A stretch of DNA of 64,000 nt, from contig JABGXB010000003.1 in NCBI GenBank assembly GCA_018675975.1, forward strand, positions 66,181-130,180. Direction: 5' to 3'. The DNA is from Candidatus Woesearchaeota archaeon (GTDB taxonomy: Archaea; Nanobdellota; Nanobdellia; Woesearchaeales; JABGXB01). Made by a program: the position numbers and the translations under genes. Below the pieces are notes generated by a model, which saw nothing but the letters and a program-made list of their open reading frames with translations, had not been told where the DNA came from and did not search any database. Shown in pieces: positions 21,049 through 31,100 of this stretch (position 1 is the first letter of the stretch; every line of letters starts with the position of its first letter).

Positions 21049-21731
21049 AAGTTGCAATTCTATTTTCTGGGGGTAAAGACTCAGTTTTTTCAACATATTG
21101 GGCGCACCATCAAAGTTGGGATATTAAATGTTTACTTACAATTAAATCAAAAAATCAACATAGTTATATGTTTCATACACCAAATATTGATAGAGTTAAA
21201 TTACAAGCAGAAGCTTTAGATTTGCCTTTAATTGAACAAGAAACAGAAGGTAAAAAAGAAGAAGAATTAAATGATTTGAAAATTCTAATTCAAAAAGCAA
21301 AAGATGAATATAATATTTATGGTGTAGTAGTAGGAGCAATTGCAAGTGAATATCAAAGAATTAGAATAAATCAAGTTTGTATGGATTTAAATATAAAAGT
21401 TCTTGCACCAATATGGCATAGAAATGAAATTAATTATATGAATGATTTAATTAAAAGCAATTTTGATATAAAATTAATATCCATCTCAGCATATCCACTA
21501 AATGAAAAATATTTAATGAAAAAAATAAATAAAGAATTTCTAAATGAATTAATTAAATTAAATGAAAAATATGGTCTTAATATTTGTGGAGAAGGTGGAG
21601 AATATGAAAGTTTTGTAATAGATTGCCCAATATATAAAAAAAAAATTAAAATAATTGACTATCAAATAGAACAAGATACAGAGAATTCTGCTAAAATAGT
21701 GATAAATGAGCTTAAATTAATAAATAAATAA
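21045..21731 (+). CDS. dph6: Diphthine--ammonia ligase
   Basis: PP-loop LFSGGKDS, SYMFH, GAIASEYQ and CGEGGEYES. Confidence 0.9.
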   Translation: MKVAILFSGGKDSVFSTYWAHHQSWDIKCLLTIKSKNQHSYMFHTPNIDRVKLQAEALDLPLIEQETEGKKEEELNDLKILIQKAKDEYNIYGVVVGAIASEYQRIRINQVCMDLNIKVLAPIWHRNEINYMNDLIKSNFDIKLISISAYPLNEKYLMKKINKEFLNELIKLNEKYGLNICGEGGEYESFVIDCPIYKKKIKIIDYQIEQDTENSAKIVINELKLINK

Positions 21732-21781
21732 GTCACCATGAAGTAGTAAATATTATAAATTTTAAAAATTATATATATTTC

Positions 21782-22407
21782 ATGAATAAATCAATAATCT
21801 TAATCTCCGGGGGAACTGGAGTTGGAACTTCCAAAATTGCCTTAGAATTAGCTAAATATTTAGATATCCCTCACATCATAGGAACTGATATTATAAGAGA
21901 ATCTATAAGAAGTACAGTATACAGATAATACCAAATTTTGATAAATCTACATATCAAGCAGGACAAACAAAAAATTATTATAAAAAACCTGAAGAAGTTA
22001 AAAAAGCAGAAATAATTAGAGGTTTTAAAAATCAATGTGAACCAATTTATATTGCAACTAAAGGTATTATAAAAAGAGCTATTAATGAAAACACTCCAAT
22101 AATTATTGAAGGAGTTCATTTAATACCTGGAAAAGTTCACGACAATGAATTATATCAAATATGTTTAAATAATTTATTTGAATATGCTATAAGTATAGAA
22201 GATGAAGAAATACATAAAAAAAGATTTATTAAAAGACAAAATGATTCACCAGAAAGAACAATTAAAAAATATTTAGATAACTTTAAAGAAATAAGACAAA
22301 TTCATGACTATATAATTGAAAGAGCTAAGCGTTATAAAAAAATAAAAGTAGTAGATAATTCCCAAAATATTAAAGATACTTTAAACGAAATAATTTCTTT
22401 TTTTTAA
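21782..22407 (+). pseudogene. 2-phosphoglycerate kinase-like gene split by a frameshift (missed by ORF track)
   Basis: The first frame reads MNKSIILISGGTGVGTSKIALELAKYLDIPHIIGTDIIRESIRSTVYR* (stop at 21926-21928). The -1 frame continues IIPNFDKSTY...GFKNQCE...IIIEGVHLIPG...DEEIHKKRF...YLDNFKEIRQIHDYIIERA to TAA at 22407. Confidence 0.8.
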
Positions 22408-23009
22408 TTATTTAAAATTTTATAATCAATTAATTTTGAATTATTAATTACAATTTTTCCAATATAAGAATGAGATATTTTTACATCTAATACATCATTT
22501 AATTCATCCTCATTAAAATAAGCCTGAATTGTTCTGATTACACCCGCATGACTAATTAATAAAATATTTTTATTTTTTTTATAACTTTTTTCATCTAAAT
22601 TTTGTATGAATTTTATAGCTCTTTTTTGAACTTTTAAAAAACTTTCACCTTCTGAAAAAATATATTTTTTATCAGCTTTATATTCAGGACAGTTTTTTTT
22701 AACTTCTTCTTTTTTTTTATTTGCATAAATTCCATAATTTATTTCCCTCAAATCTTTAGAAAAAGATAATTTATGTGTTAAATTTAATTCTTTTGCAAAT
22801 AGAAAAGCAGTAATAAAAGCCCGTCCTAAATCACTTGAAATAATATAATCAAATTTTATATCTTTTAAATATTTAAATAATTTTTTAGGTGATTCTAAAC
22901 TTGTTTTTAATAACGGAGAATCTATTTGTCCCATGATTACTGATTTTTTATTTAATTCTGTTTTACCGTGCCTTAACAAATAAATCGTAATCATAATATT
23001 ATTAGACAT
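22404..23009 (-). CDS. Histidine phosphatase / phosphoglycerate mutase family
   Basis: Motifs LLRHGKT, SSDLGRA, LREINYG, GES and LISHAG. Confidence 0.9.
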   Translation of the reverse strand: MSNNIMITIYLLRHGKTELNKKSVIMGQIDSPLLKTSLESPKKLFKYLKDIKFDYIISSDLGRAFITAFLFAKELNLTHKLSFSKDLREINYGIYANKKKEEVKKNCPEYKADKKYIFSEGESFLKVQKRAIKFIQNLDEKSYKKNKNILLISHAGVIRTIQAYFNEDELNDVLDVKISHSYIGKIVINNSKLIDYKILNN

Positions 23010-23157
23010 TTGTAGTTTAATAGTTTTTTTATAAATACAAAAAAAAGAACAATAAGTGCAGATAAGACTAAAATAACCTCAAAGGACTAAATAAAGCCCA
23101 AAACACATATGATTTATAAAAGAAAAGATTTATAAACTATAAAGTGGTAACAAAAAC

Positions 23158-23478
23158 ATGGAATTAAATCAAACTCAAGAATTAATTAGTATAATTGAAA
23201 ATACTAATGTAGAAAGCAATAAATTAAATGATGTTTTAGATCCACAAACTCTAAAACAATATCCATTAGATAAAATACTTGATGTTGCACGTGTTAAAGG
23301 ATTAACTTTAGAAAATGGTTATTTTAAATCTAATACAATAATAGTTGGTGAAGAAGAATATCAATTAAGTGTAGATCAATTAGATTATTTGAAAAGAAAT
23401 GGAATATCAGTATCAACAGGAATTTTACCTAGTGAGAAAGAAAGATTTTATCAAACATATGGTAAATATTTAAAATAA
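23158..23478 (+). CDS. Hypothetical protein
   Basis: 106-aa ORF with upstream TTTATAAA. Confidence 0.55.
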   Translation: MELNQTQELISIIENTNVESNKLNDVLDPQTLKQYPLDKILDVARVKGLTLENGYFKSNTIIVGEEEYQLSVDQLDYLKRNGISVSTGILPSEKERFYQTYGKYLK

Positions 23479-24186
23479 TTATTTTTTCTCATCATTTCTT
23501 ATTGACAAATATCCATTTCTATTAAAAATTACATAATCAATTAATTTAATTTCAATTTTTTCAAGTAAATTATTTATTTTTTCATATGAATTTTTATCAC
23601 TTTTTGAAAAACTTAATTTATCTTTTAAATGATTATGAACTATAATAGTATAATGAGCTTTATTTAATATACATTCTTTTAATAAAAAACTATTTGACAA
23701 AAATATTTTTTTCTTTAAATGACTTGTAAGAAATGAAGTATTAATTAAATTCATATTTTTATCAATATAAATTACAATTAAACTCTCTGTTTCCATTTCA
23801 TTATTAATTATATCACAATAATATTTTTTATATTGATTTTTTATTATATCAATTACTTTTTTTGTATTTTTTACTTTTCTTACATTAACTACACTATCAA
23901 CATCATTTTCATTTAATAATTCAAAAATTCTTCCAATTGCTCTAATTTGTGTAGCTTTTGCAATACCAATGCCACTAATATTAATTAAATCATTAATATC
24001 ACTTTCAAATAATTCATTAAGTGACCAATTCATTAAAATTGAACGAGATAAATTTAAAACATTTTGATCTTTTGTACCATTACGTAAAATTAATGCCAAA
24101 AGTTCATGAGATTGTAATACTTCAATACCATGATCAATTAATTTTTCTCTAGGAGAATCAACTTCTTCAACACCTTTTATAGTCAT
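23479..24186 (-). CDS. radC: RadC/UPF0758 family protein (degenerate JAB domain)
   Basis: PREKL, ELLALILRNG, HhH motif ISGIGIAKA, and VHNH...D. Confidence 0.8.
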   Translation of the reverse strand: MTIKGVEEVDSPREKLIDHGIEVLQSHELLALILRNGTKDQNVLNLSRSILMNWSLNELFESDINDLINISGIGIAKATQIRAIGRIFELLNENDVDSVVNVRKVKNTKKVIDIIKNQYKKYYCDIINNEMETESLIVIYIDKNMNLINTSFLTSHLKKKIFLSNSFLLKECILNKAHYTIIVHNHLKDKLSFSKSDKNSYEKINNLLEKIEIKLIDYVIFNRNGYLSIRNDEKK

Positions 24187-24278
24187 AAAATTATATAGGA
24201 ATAAAGTTTAATAATGATTCTTAAAAAAATATTGAAAATATTATAGCTTTAATAAATAATATTCAAAAAAAACAAAAT

Positions 24279-24494
24279 TTATTTAGATGCCAACTCAACA
24301 TCTGAAGCTTTTACAGTTTTTCTACCAGTATGCATTGCTAATTTTACAGCTTTAGCACAAATTTCATCAGAAATTTCTTCAATTAAATCTCTTAATGCAA
24401 CTTTTGCTTCCTCGGAAACTCTTTCTGCACCTGACCTCTTTAGAAGTTTTTCCATAGCAGCAAGTGGTAAAATTTTTGATTCAGATCTAACCAT
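24279..24494 (-). CDS. Archaeal histone
   Basis: LPLAAMEKLLKRSGAERVSEEA...HTGRKTVKASDV, an HMf-type histone fold. Confidence 0.95.
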   Translation of the reverse strand: MVRSESKILPLAAMEKLLKRSGAERVSEEAKVALRDLIEEISDEICAKAVKLAMHTGRKTVKASDVELASK

Positions 24495-24690
24495 TCTAAA
24501 TTAATTTAATTTTACCTTTTTATAAAATATTCCATTTGAATTTTAATTTGATATAATAATTGTATAAATGAATAAAAAATAAATAAAAAAATTAAAAATT
24601 AACACGTAAGCTTAAGTTTATAAATCAAAATAATTAATATATAAATAGTAAAAGAGGGATAGTATAAAATTTGTAAATAAATTATTAATA

Positions 24691-26070
24691 GTGGTACTAA
24701 TATTTTTCTTAGCAGTAAATGCATTCTTAGCAATAGACATATTAAAAGAGTTTAGTGTAAAGTTAGATGTAGACAATACAATTATTTCAAAAATATATGA
24801 AAATAATAAAGCAATTGAAATTATTAGCAAGTTAAAAATAAATAAAAATAAAGATATTTATACTGATACTATTAATTTTATCAATATTGAAAATGCAGAA
24901 GCCATATATTCAGATGGAACAATTTCTAAAATTAAAATATCATTAAGAAATAATTATATTTTTTTAAATAATCAAGAAACAGTTAATTTAAGATTATTAT
25001 TAATTGGAATAGATAATAATAAACAAATAGAAGGAATTAGATTTAAATTACTGAGTAGTGTAAATACATATTATGATCAAATCAGTAATGACAATAATAT
25101 ATTATATATAAATTTAGAAGAATTAAATAATGAATTTGAAAAAAATAAAAATGATTTATCATTTAAAATTAAAAATTTATTAAATAATAATCAATTAATT
25201 GAATTAGCTCAATTAAACTCACAAGGAAATATTTTAGGATACAGTTCTTTATTTTCAAATAATATCATATACTATATTTCTGATGACATATTATATTTAA
25301 TTAACTTAAAAACTGGAGATATAAATGAAGTAAAAAGTTTAGATTCAATATTTTCAAATAATATTAAACAAAATAAAATTAATGATAATATAATGACAAA
25401 TTATAATAATGAATTATTTATTATTAGTGATCTTGGATTTATATCCAAATATAATCCTACAAGTAATACAATATTAAAATTTTCAAATAATATAATTAAA
25501 CCCGTATCTAATTCAAGAAATATTTTATCATATGATAATAATATAATTAGTAATTTTGATGAAATTTTAATTATTAATGAAATATTACACGATGCATCTA
25601 ATAATCGTGGAAATGAATATAGAATTATTTTTGAAAATGAAATTTTAGATATGTATGAATATGAAGATACATTATACATAATTGAAGATTCAAATAATAA
25701 TAATATCCATATAATTAATTTAAAACAATTATTGAGTAAATTAAAACACAGTGATAAAAATATACATGAAATAAAACAATTCAATAAAATAGATGAAATT
25801 ATTAAATTAAATATTGATGGAATTAGCCATATAGATGCTGAAAATGTATATGCAAATCAAAATAATAAAATTTTAAAATTCAATAAAAATTTTGAAGAAG
25901 GACAAAAAGAGAATTATTTACATATTAAAAATAATATAAAAATATTTCAAAATAGAATTGAATTTAATGATATAAATAAAGATATTGATGTAAAAAAACT
26001 AATTAGTAATGATAATGGTGCTTTTATCATTGATAATAATAATAAATTATTTTTCTTAAAAAATGAATAA
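24691..26070 (+). CDS. Asn/Ile-rich exported protein (possible beta-propeller), first gene of surface operon 2
   Basis: Hydrophobic N-terminus and repeated short beta-strand patterns. It overlaps the next gene by 8 nt. The start codon is uncertain. Confidence 0.5.
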   Translation: MVLIFFLAVNAFLAIDILKEFSVKLDVDNTIISKIYENNKAIEIISKLKINKNKDIYTDTINFINIENAEAIYSDGTISKIKISLRNNYIFLNNQETVNLRLLLIGIDNNKQIEGIRFKLLSSVNTYYDQISNDNNILYINLEELNNEFEKNKNDLSFKIKNLLNNNQLIELAQLNSQGNILGYSSLFSNNIIYYISDDILYLINLKTGDINEVKSLDSIFSNNIKQNKINDNIMTNYNNELFIISDLGFISKYNPTSNTILKFSNNIIKPVSNSRNILSYDNNIISNFDEILIINEILHDASNNRGNEYRIIFENEILDMYEYEDTLYIIEDSNNNNIHIINLKQLLSKLKHSDKNIHEIKQFNKIDEIIKLNIDGISHIDAENVYANQNNKILKFNKNFEEGQKENYLHIKNNIKIFQNRIEFNDINKDIDVKKLISNDNGAFIIDNNNKLFFLKNE

Positions 26071-28153
26071 AAAAGGACAGGTCGCAACATTTATTATAAT
26101 AGGAATAGTTTTATTACTTATAACAAGTTTAACTTTATTTGCAATTAAATTTAAAATATCAAATGTTCCTGATACTTATTCTGATCCAGTGAATGCAATT
26201 AATGATTATATTAAACAATGTTTAAAATCTAGTACACAAAGTTCAATTGCAGAATTACTTGATAATGGTGGATATACAAACCTAGATAATTTTGTAATTC
26301 CAAGATTAGAGTATGCAGGAGATGAATTAAAAAAAATTCCATTATGGATTAAAAAAAATAAAGTTAATAGGCCAACCATTTCTAAAATGCAAATGGAACT
26401 TACAACATATATTAATGAAGATATTAAAGGATGTATTAATTCTTTAGATATTTTTAATGAACAATTTGATATTGAAAAATTAAATATAAAAACTTTAGAT
26501 GGAGAAAAAGAATTTGAAGCACATGCAGAAATATTTGAAAATAATGTAATTTCTAATTTATACATTCCATTAAGAATATTTCCAAAAGGGTCAAATACAT
26601 ATACACAATTAGAAAATTTTGAAATTAAAGAAAATACAAAATTATTAAGATTATATAAACTTGCAAGCGAAGTATTAAATTTGCAATTAAAAACTAATTT
26701 TTTAGAAAATTATACAATGGAAACAGTTCAATTAAGTCCATTACCTTCAGAAGGGATGAGATTTGATTGTAGTGCTCCAATTACATATACATATGATGAA
26801 GCTGTTAATGGATTATTAAAACCTGCTTTAAAGGCAAATATGGATTTAATAAGATTTAAAAATACTAATTATTTAGATGACAATTTATACAAATTAAAAG
26901 TAAATGGATTAAATCAAGATGCAAAAAACATTCCATTAGAAATTGATGGACAAGTTCAAATTGATTCAGGTGGAAATGTATTATATGAAACAATAGATAA
27001 TTATTTCCCCTATTATGACAATTTATACTCTACAAAAACATCCAATAATTTATTTGAAGATATTAAAATAAGAACAATTGTAGATCAAAATTCTTTAATT
27101 TCTACTGATTTTCATGCAAGTCCTAATAAAAATAATTATATAATTCAAGAAGATACATTAAAATCAAAAAGTCAAAAAGGTATTGGAAAAATAATGGGTG
27201 GATTTATGTCATTAATTCCAATGTTTAAAAATTGTATTAAAGTACAACATCATTTTTATTCATTTAATTATAATACAATATTTGAATTAGCTGCAGATAA
27301 TGGAGAAGTATTTAGATTTGCTTTACCTATTAATATACATAGAAATGAACCAAAAGAAACTACTTCAGTTGGATTTGTTTCAGACATAGATGATGAAATG
27401 TCAAGACAACAAATGCATGAATTTTATTGTGCTGGTGAAAGACTAGTTAAAAAAAGGCTTGGAGCTGAAAAAGATTTTGGATCAACAACTAAAAGTTTAG
27501 ATAATGTAAATATATCATATGACTGTGCAGGTGTAGTTTGTGAAATTGGTACAATCAAAAAAAATCAAGTTAATAATTTAGCAATTTCTTCATTACAATT
27601 TCCAGTATGTGAAAATGGAAAAATTATATTTGAAAAAGAAGGATATCAAACAAAAGAAAGATATACAAATACGCATATATTAAATCCAAATCAAGATGAT
27701 GATGATATGTTAATAATTGAAGTATTAACGAAATTAAAAAAATTCCAATTTAAAGACAAATTATTTTCAAACTTTTTAGTAATTGACAAAGAATTAAATA
27801 AAAGACAATTAAGTGAAAATGAAAGTATTGTAATAACTATTAGTAGTGAAGATTTTTCAAGAGAATATTTTTATCCATTATTTGAAGATGAAGAAAATGC
27901 ATTTATTGAATTAATAGATAAAAAAGAAGATTATGATTTAGATATTAAATTATTAAAAGATGGAGAATTTTCAGGAGCATATTTTGGAAAACTTAATTAT
28001 GATCCAGTATATCATGGAAATAAAGAAGAAATTATATTTTATATTTTTGAATCAGATGAAAAATTAAATTCAGCTGAATCATTTAGCAATTTTTACAATA
28101 ATATTGTAGTTCCACAGGCAAATACATTCAAACCAATAATGTTAGATAAATAA
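26063..28153 (+). CDS. Class III (pilin-type) signal-peptide surface protein
   Basis: N-terminus MNKKGQ-VATFIIIGIVLLLI. Paralog of 13634..15949. Confidence 0.75.
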   Translation: MNKKGQVATFIIIGIVLLLITSLTLFAIKFKISNVPDTYSDPVNAINDYIKQCLKSSTQSSIAELLDNGGYTNLDNFVIPRLEYAGDELKKIPLWIKKNKVNRPTISKMQMELTTYINEDIKGCINSLDIFNEQFDIEKLNIKTLDGEKEFEAHAEIFENNVISNLYIPLRIFPKGSNTYTQLENFEIKENTKLLRLYKLASEVLNLQLKTNFLENYTMETVQLSPLPSEGMRFDCSAPITYTYDEAVNGLLKPALKANMDLIRFKNTNYLDDNLYKLKVNGLNQDAKNIPLEIDGQVQIDSGGNVLYETIDNYFPYYDNLYSTKTSNNLFEDIKIRTIVDQNSLISTDFHASPNKNNYIIQEDTLKSKSQKGIGKIMGGFMSLIPMFKNCIKVQHHFYSFNYNTIFELAADNGEVFRFALPINIHRNEPKETTSVGFVSDIDDEMSRQQMHEFYCAGERLVKKRLGAEKDFGSTTKSLDNVNISYDCAGVVCEIGTIKKNQVNNLAISSLQFPVCENGKIIFEKEGYQTKERYTNTHILNPNQDDDDMLIIEVLTKLKKFQFKDKLFSNFLVIDKELNKRQLSENESIVITISSEDFSREYFYPLFEDEENAFIELIDKKEDYDLDIKLLKDGEFSGAYFGKLNYDPVYHGNKEEIIFYIFESDEKLNSAESFSNFYNNIVVPQANTFKPIMLDK

Positions 28154-28154
28154 A

Positions 28155-31100
28155 ATGAAAAGAAAATTAAATATGATGAATAGTAAACTAATTATATTAA
28201 TTATAATTTTAATATTTTCATTTAGTTTAATTAATGCAAAATTTTCAAATGTTCACATTAAAAAATCATTAAATTCAGAAATTGAAATTACATTAAATAC
28301 ACCAAACAATTTAAAGGTAGAAATAGAAGTATTTGAAGCTCAAACTTCAGAAAGAATTGATCAAAAAGAGTCAAGTCCAAAAACAAATCATTATTTGCTT
28401 TTAAGAGGACTTACATTAAATAAAGATTATATTTTATTATTAAAAACATATGATGATAGCGGACGACAAATTGATCATTTAAATAATTTAAAATTTAAAT
28501 TTGTATCCAATTATGATTATTCAAATGAAAATGAATATGAAGGTTATATTGAAGGTGAATTATTTTTACAAAATGAAGAAATAATTGAAGAAGAGACAAA
28601 TGAAGTTGAAGAAAATAATGAAGAACCTAATAATCAAGAACCTAATACAAATGAAGTTGATCAAAATGAAAATATAATTGATCCAAGTAGTGAAAATAAT
28701 CCTGATGAAAATATTCAAACTAATGAAAATATGATTTTAAAGAATTTTAATTTCATTTCACAAATAAATAAAATTAATTTGACTTTTGAAACTAATCACA
28801 ATAGTAGAATTATTATTACATATAAAAATGAATTTAGTTCACCTGAAAATAAATTAGTTCAAAATAAAGTAGCATATAATTATGTCTTAGATCAATTACT
28901 TAGTGGAACAAAATATGAAATAACAATAAAAGCATGTAAAATGTCTGATTTAAATAATTGTAATGAACACATACAAAATATAACTACATTATCTTCAAGC
29001 ACAAATAGTAATATTCAATCCGATATTAAAACAAATATAAAAAATGGAAAAGTTGGTCAATATTTAATAATTAATGGAACTGTTGATAAAAATAGTATAA
29101 TTAAAATATATAGAAATAAAAATTTTAATTTTGCATTACCTGAAAAATTAACTCAATCTACTCAATTAAAAATTAATGAAAGTGGAAATGTATATGGATT
29201 TTATGAAAATACTAATGATGGTCCAATTACATATACAATATTAATTGAAAATAATGGAGAGACAAAAGTTATTGAATATAATGCAGAAATTAATTTAGAG
29301 GGACCAGGATTACATATAACTCCAATACCTGGAGTAGTTGCACCAGAGTTTTCATTATGGGGTTATGTTTCTAAATCTAGTCAAATAATTTATAGAGTAA
29401 ATAATGAAACTATAAATACAAGTAATGAAAATTCTGTATTTAATAATGTATTAAGTTTAGGTAAATATAAAACAGATGAAGATCGAGCAACAATACAAAT
29501 TATTGCAAAAGATGATTATGATAATATTGAAGTAGAAGAATTTATTGCAATTATTGATGATACTGCACCTGAAATTCAATTTGATGAAGATTTAAAAGAT
29601 ATAATGTCAGGTAATAAAGAATATCATTTTCCTGTATTACAATTAAAAGGTTATGCAGGGGAGCCAAATGTAAGATTATATGCGGTTAATTTTGGTAATG
29701 GACAAAATTCAATTGCAGAATTTGTAGTTGATGCAAGACCTACAAATCCATTAGCACAAATTGAACTTAAAGATGGAACATTTCAAGAAGTAATTGATAA
29801 AGGAATGTTTGATATTGCAGTTAAAAATTTAAAAGGCGGTAATGTTGCTGAAGATGTTATTGCAAAATTAAAAGAACATGTAGATGAAAATCGTGAATCA
29901 TTTTCTCATACAGATCAAATATCAATGTATAGTATGATTGATATCTCACTTGCAAACTCACTTAAATCTTTATTCACACCAATTATTGATAATAATTTAA
30001 ATATCTATGAAGTAACTGCAGATGAAAATGGAAATTTTGATTTTCCAATCGTTATGCTTCAAAGTGGAACTGAAGAAAGTGATGTTCATATAAATAATAT
30101 TGGAATACTTGCTATTGACAGAGTTGGAAATTTAAAAATGTTTCAATATAATGTTAAATATGATCCCGGTGAAGGAGCTTGGACAATAGGGCGTAAAAGT
30201 AAATTTCCAAATTCAGTTTATGCAATGGATTGGGTAGAAACTGATATGCCAGTTGTATTAAGTTATGAATTTTTATATACAGGACCTGGAAAAAATAAAA
30301 TCGAAGATGTTGCAATTAGTGTAAATAAAGAAAATAATGAATTTAGTGATTTATGGACAATTGATTCAAAACGTATAAGAAAAAAATATGATTCAAATAA
30401 AGGAATTTTAAAAACTGAAATTCCACTTAAATTAAATAAATTACCACCAAATACAAATGTACTTGATCTTCCAGAAGGTTTGGATTTAGAAATGGAAGTT
30501 ACAATTACAAGTACATTAAATGATGATGTACTTTCTAATGACTTAAAAGAACAAGCTGCATTTGGAAGACGGCATATAAAACAAACAGTAGTAATTGAAA
30601 TTCCTGAAACTAAATGGTTAAATCCAAAATTAGTTGAAAAATTAATTGGAGTATTTGACAAAGTACATAAAAATTTACAAAAAGCAATTGATGTAACTAA
30701 AAAAGTATCTGTTTATACAACTGCATTATGTGGAGGACTTTCATTCTTTTCATCACTTCCATTCTTAGGACAAACAATAGATAAAAGTGTATTATTTGGA
30801 GTTTGTGATAGAATTGCATGTCCATATATTCCAAGAAATTGTCAAGCTACTAATATTAATGAAGACGGAGATACAAGAACATTTAGTGATGAAGAAACTG
30901 GTGCAAATGTTAAATATAAATTTAGTGATGGTAGTGAAAATTGTAAACCATATGGAACTGATTTTAATTTAATTGAAACTGAATCTACTTATTTAAATGT
31001 AGATAGTAATAGTGACTTTAGAGGAGGAGGTTTGCCTTTAGCTAGTGGAAATATATATAGTACACAAAAAACTAGTTATTGTTTAAAAATGAATCAAGAA

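Noticed and set aside
21913..21928. Programmed frameshift or stop-codon recoding in the 2PGK gene
   Set aside because: No slippery heptamer or downstream structure is evident. The continuation is in another frame, so readthrough cannot explain it, and other genes use the standard code.
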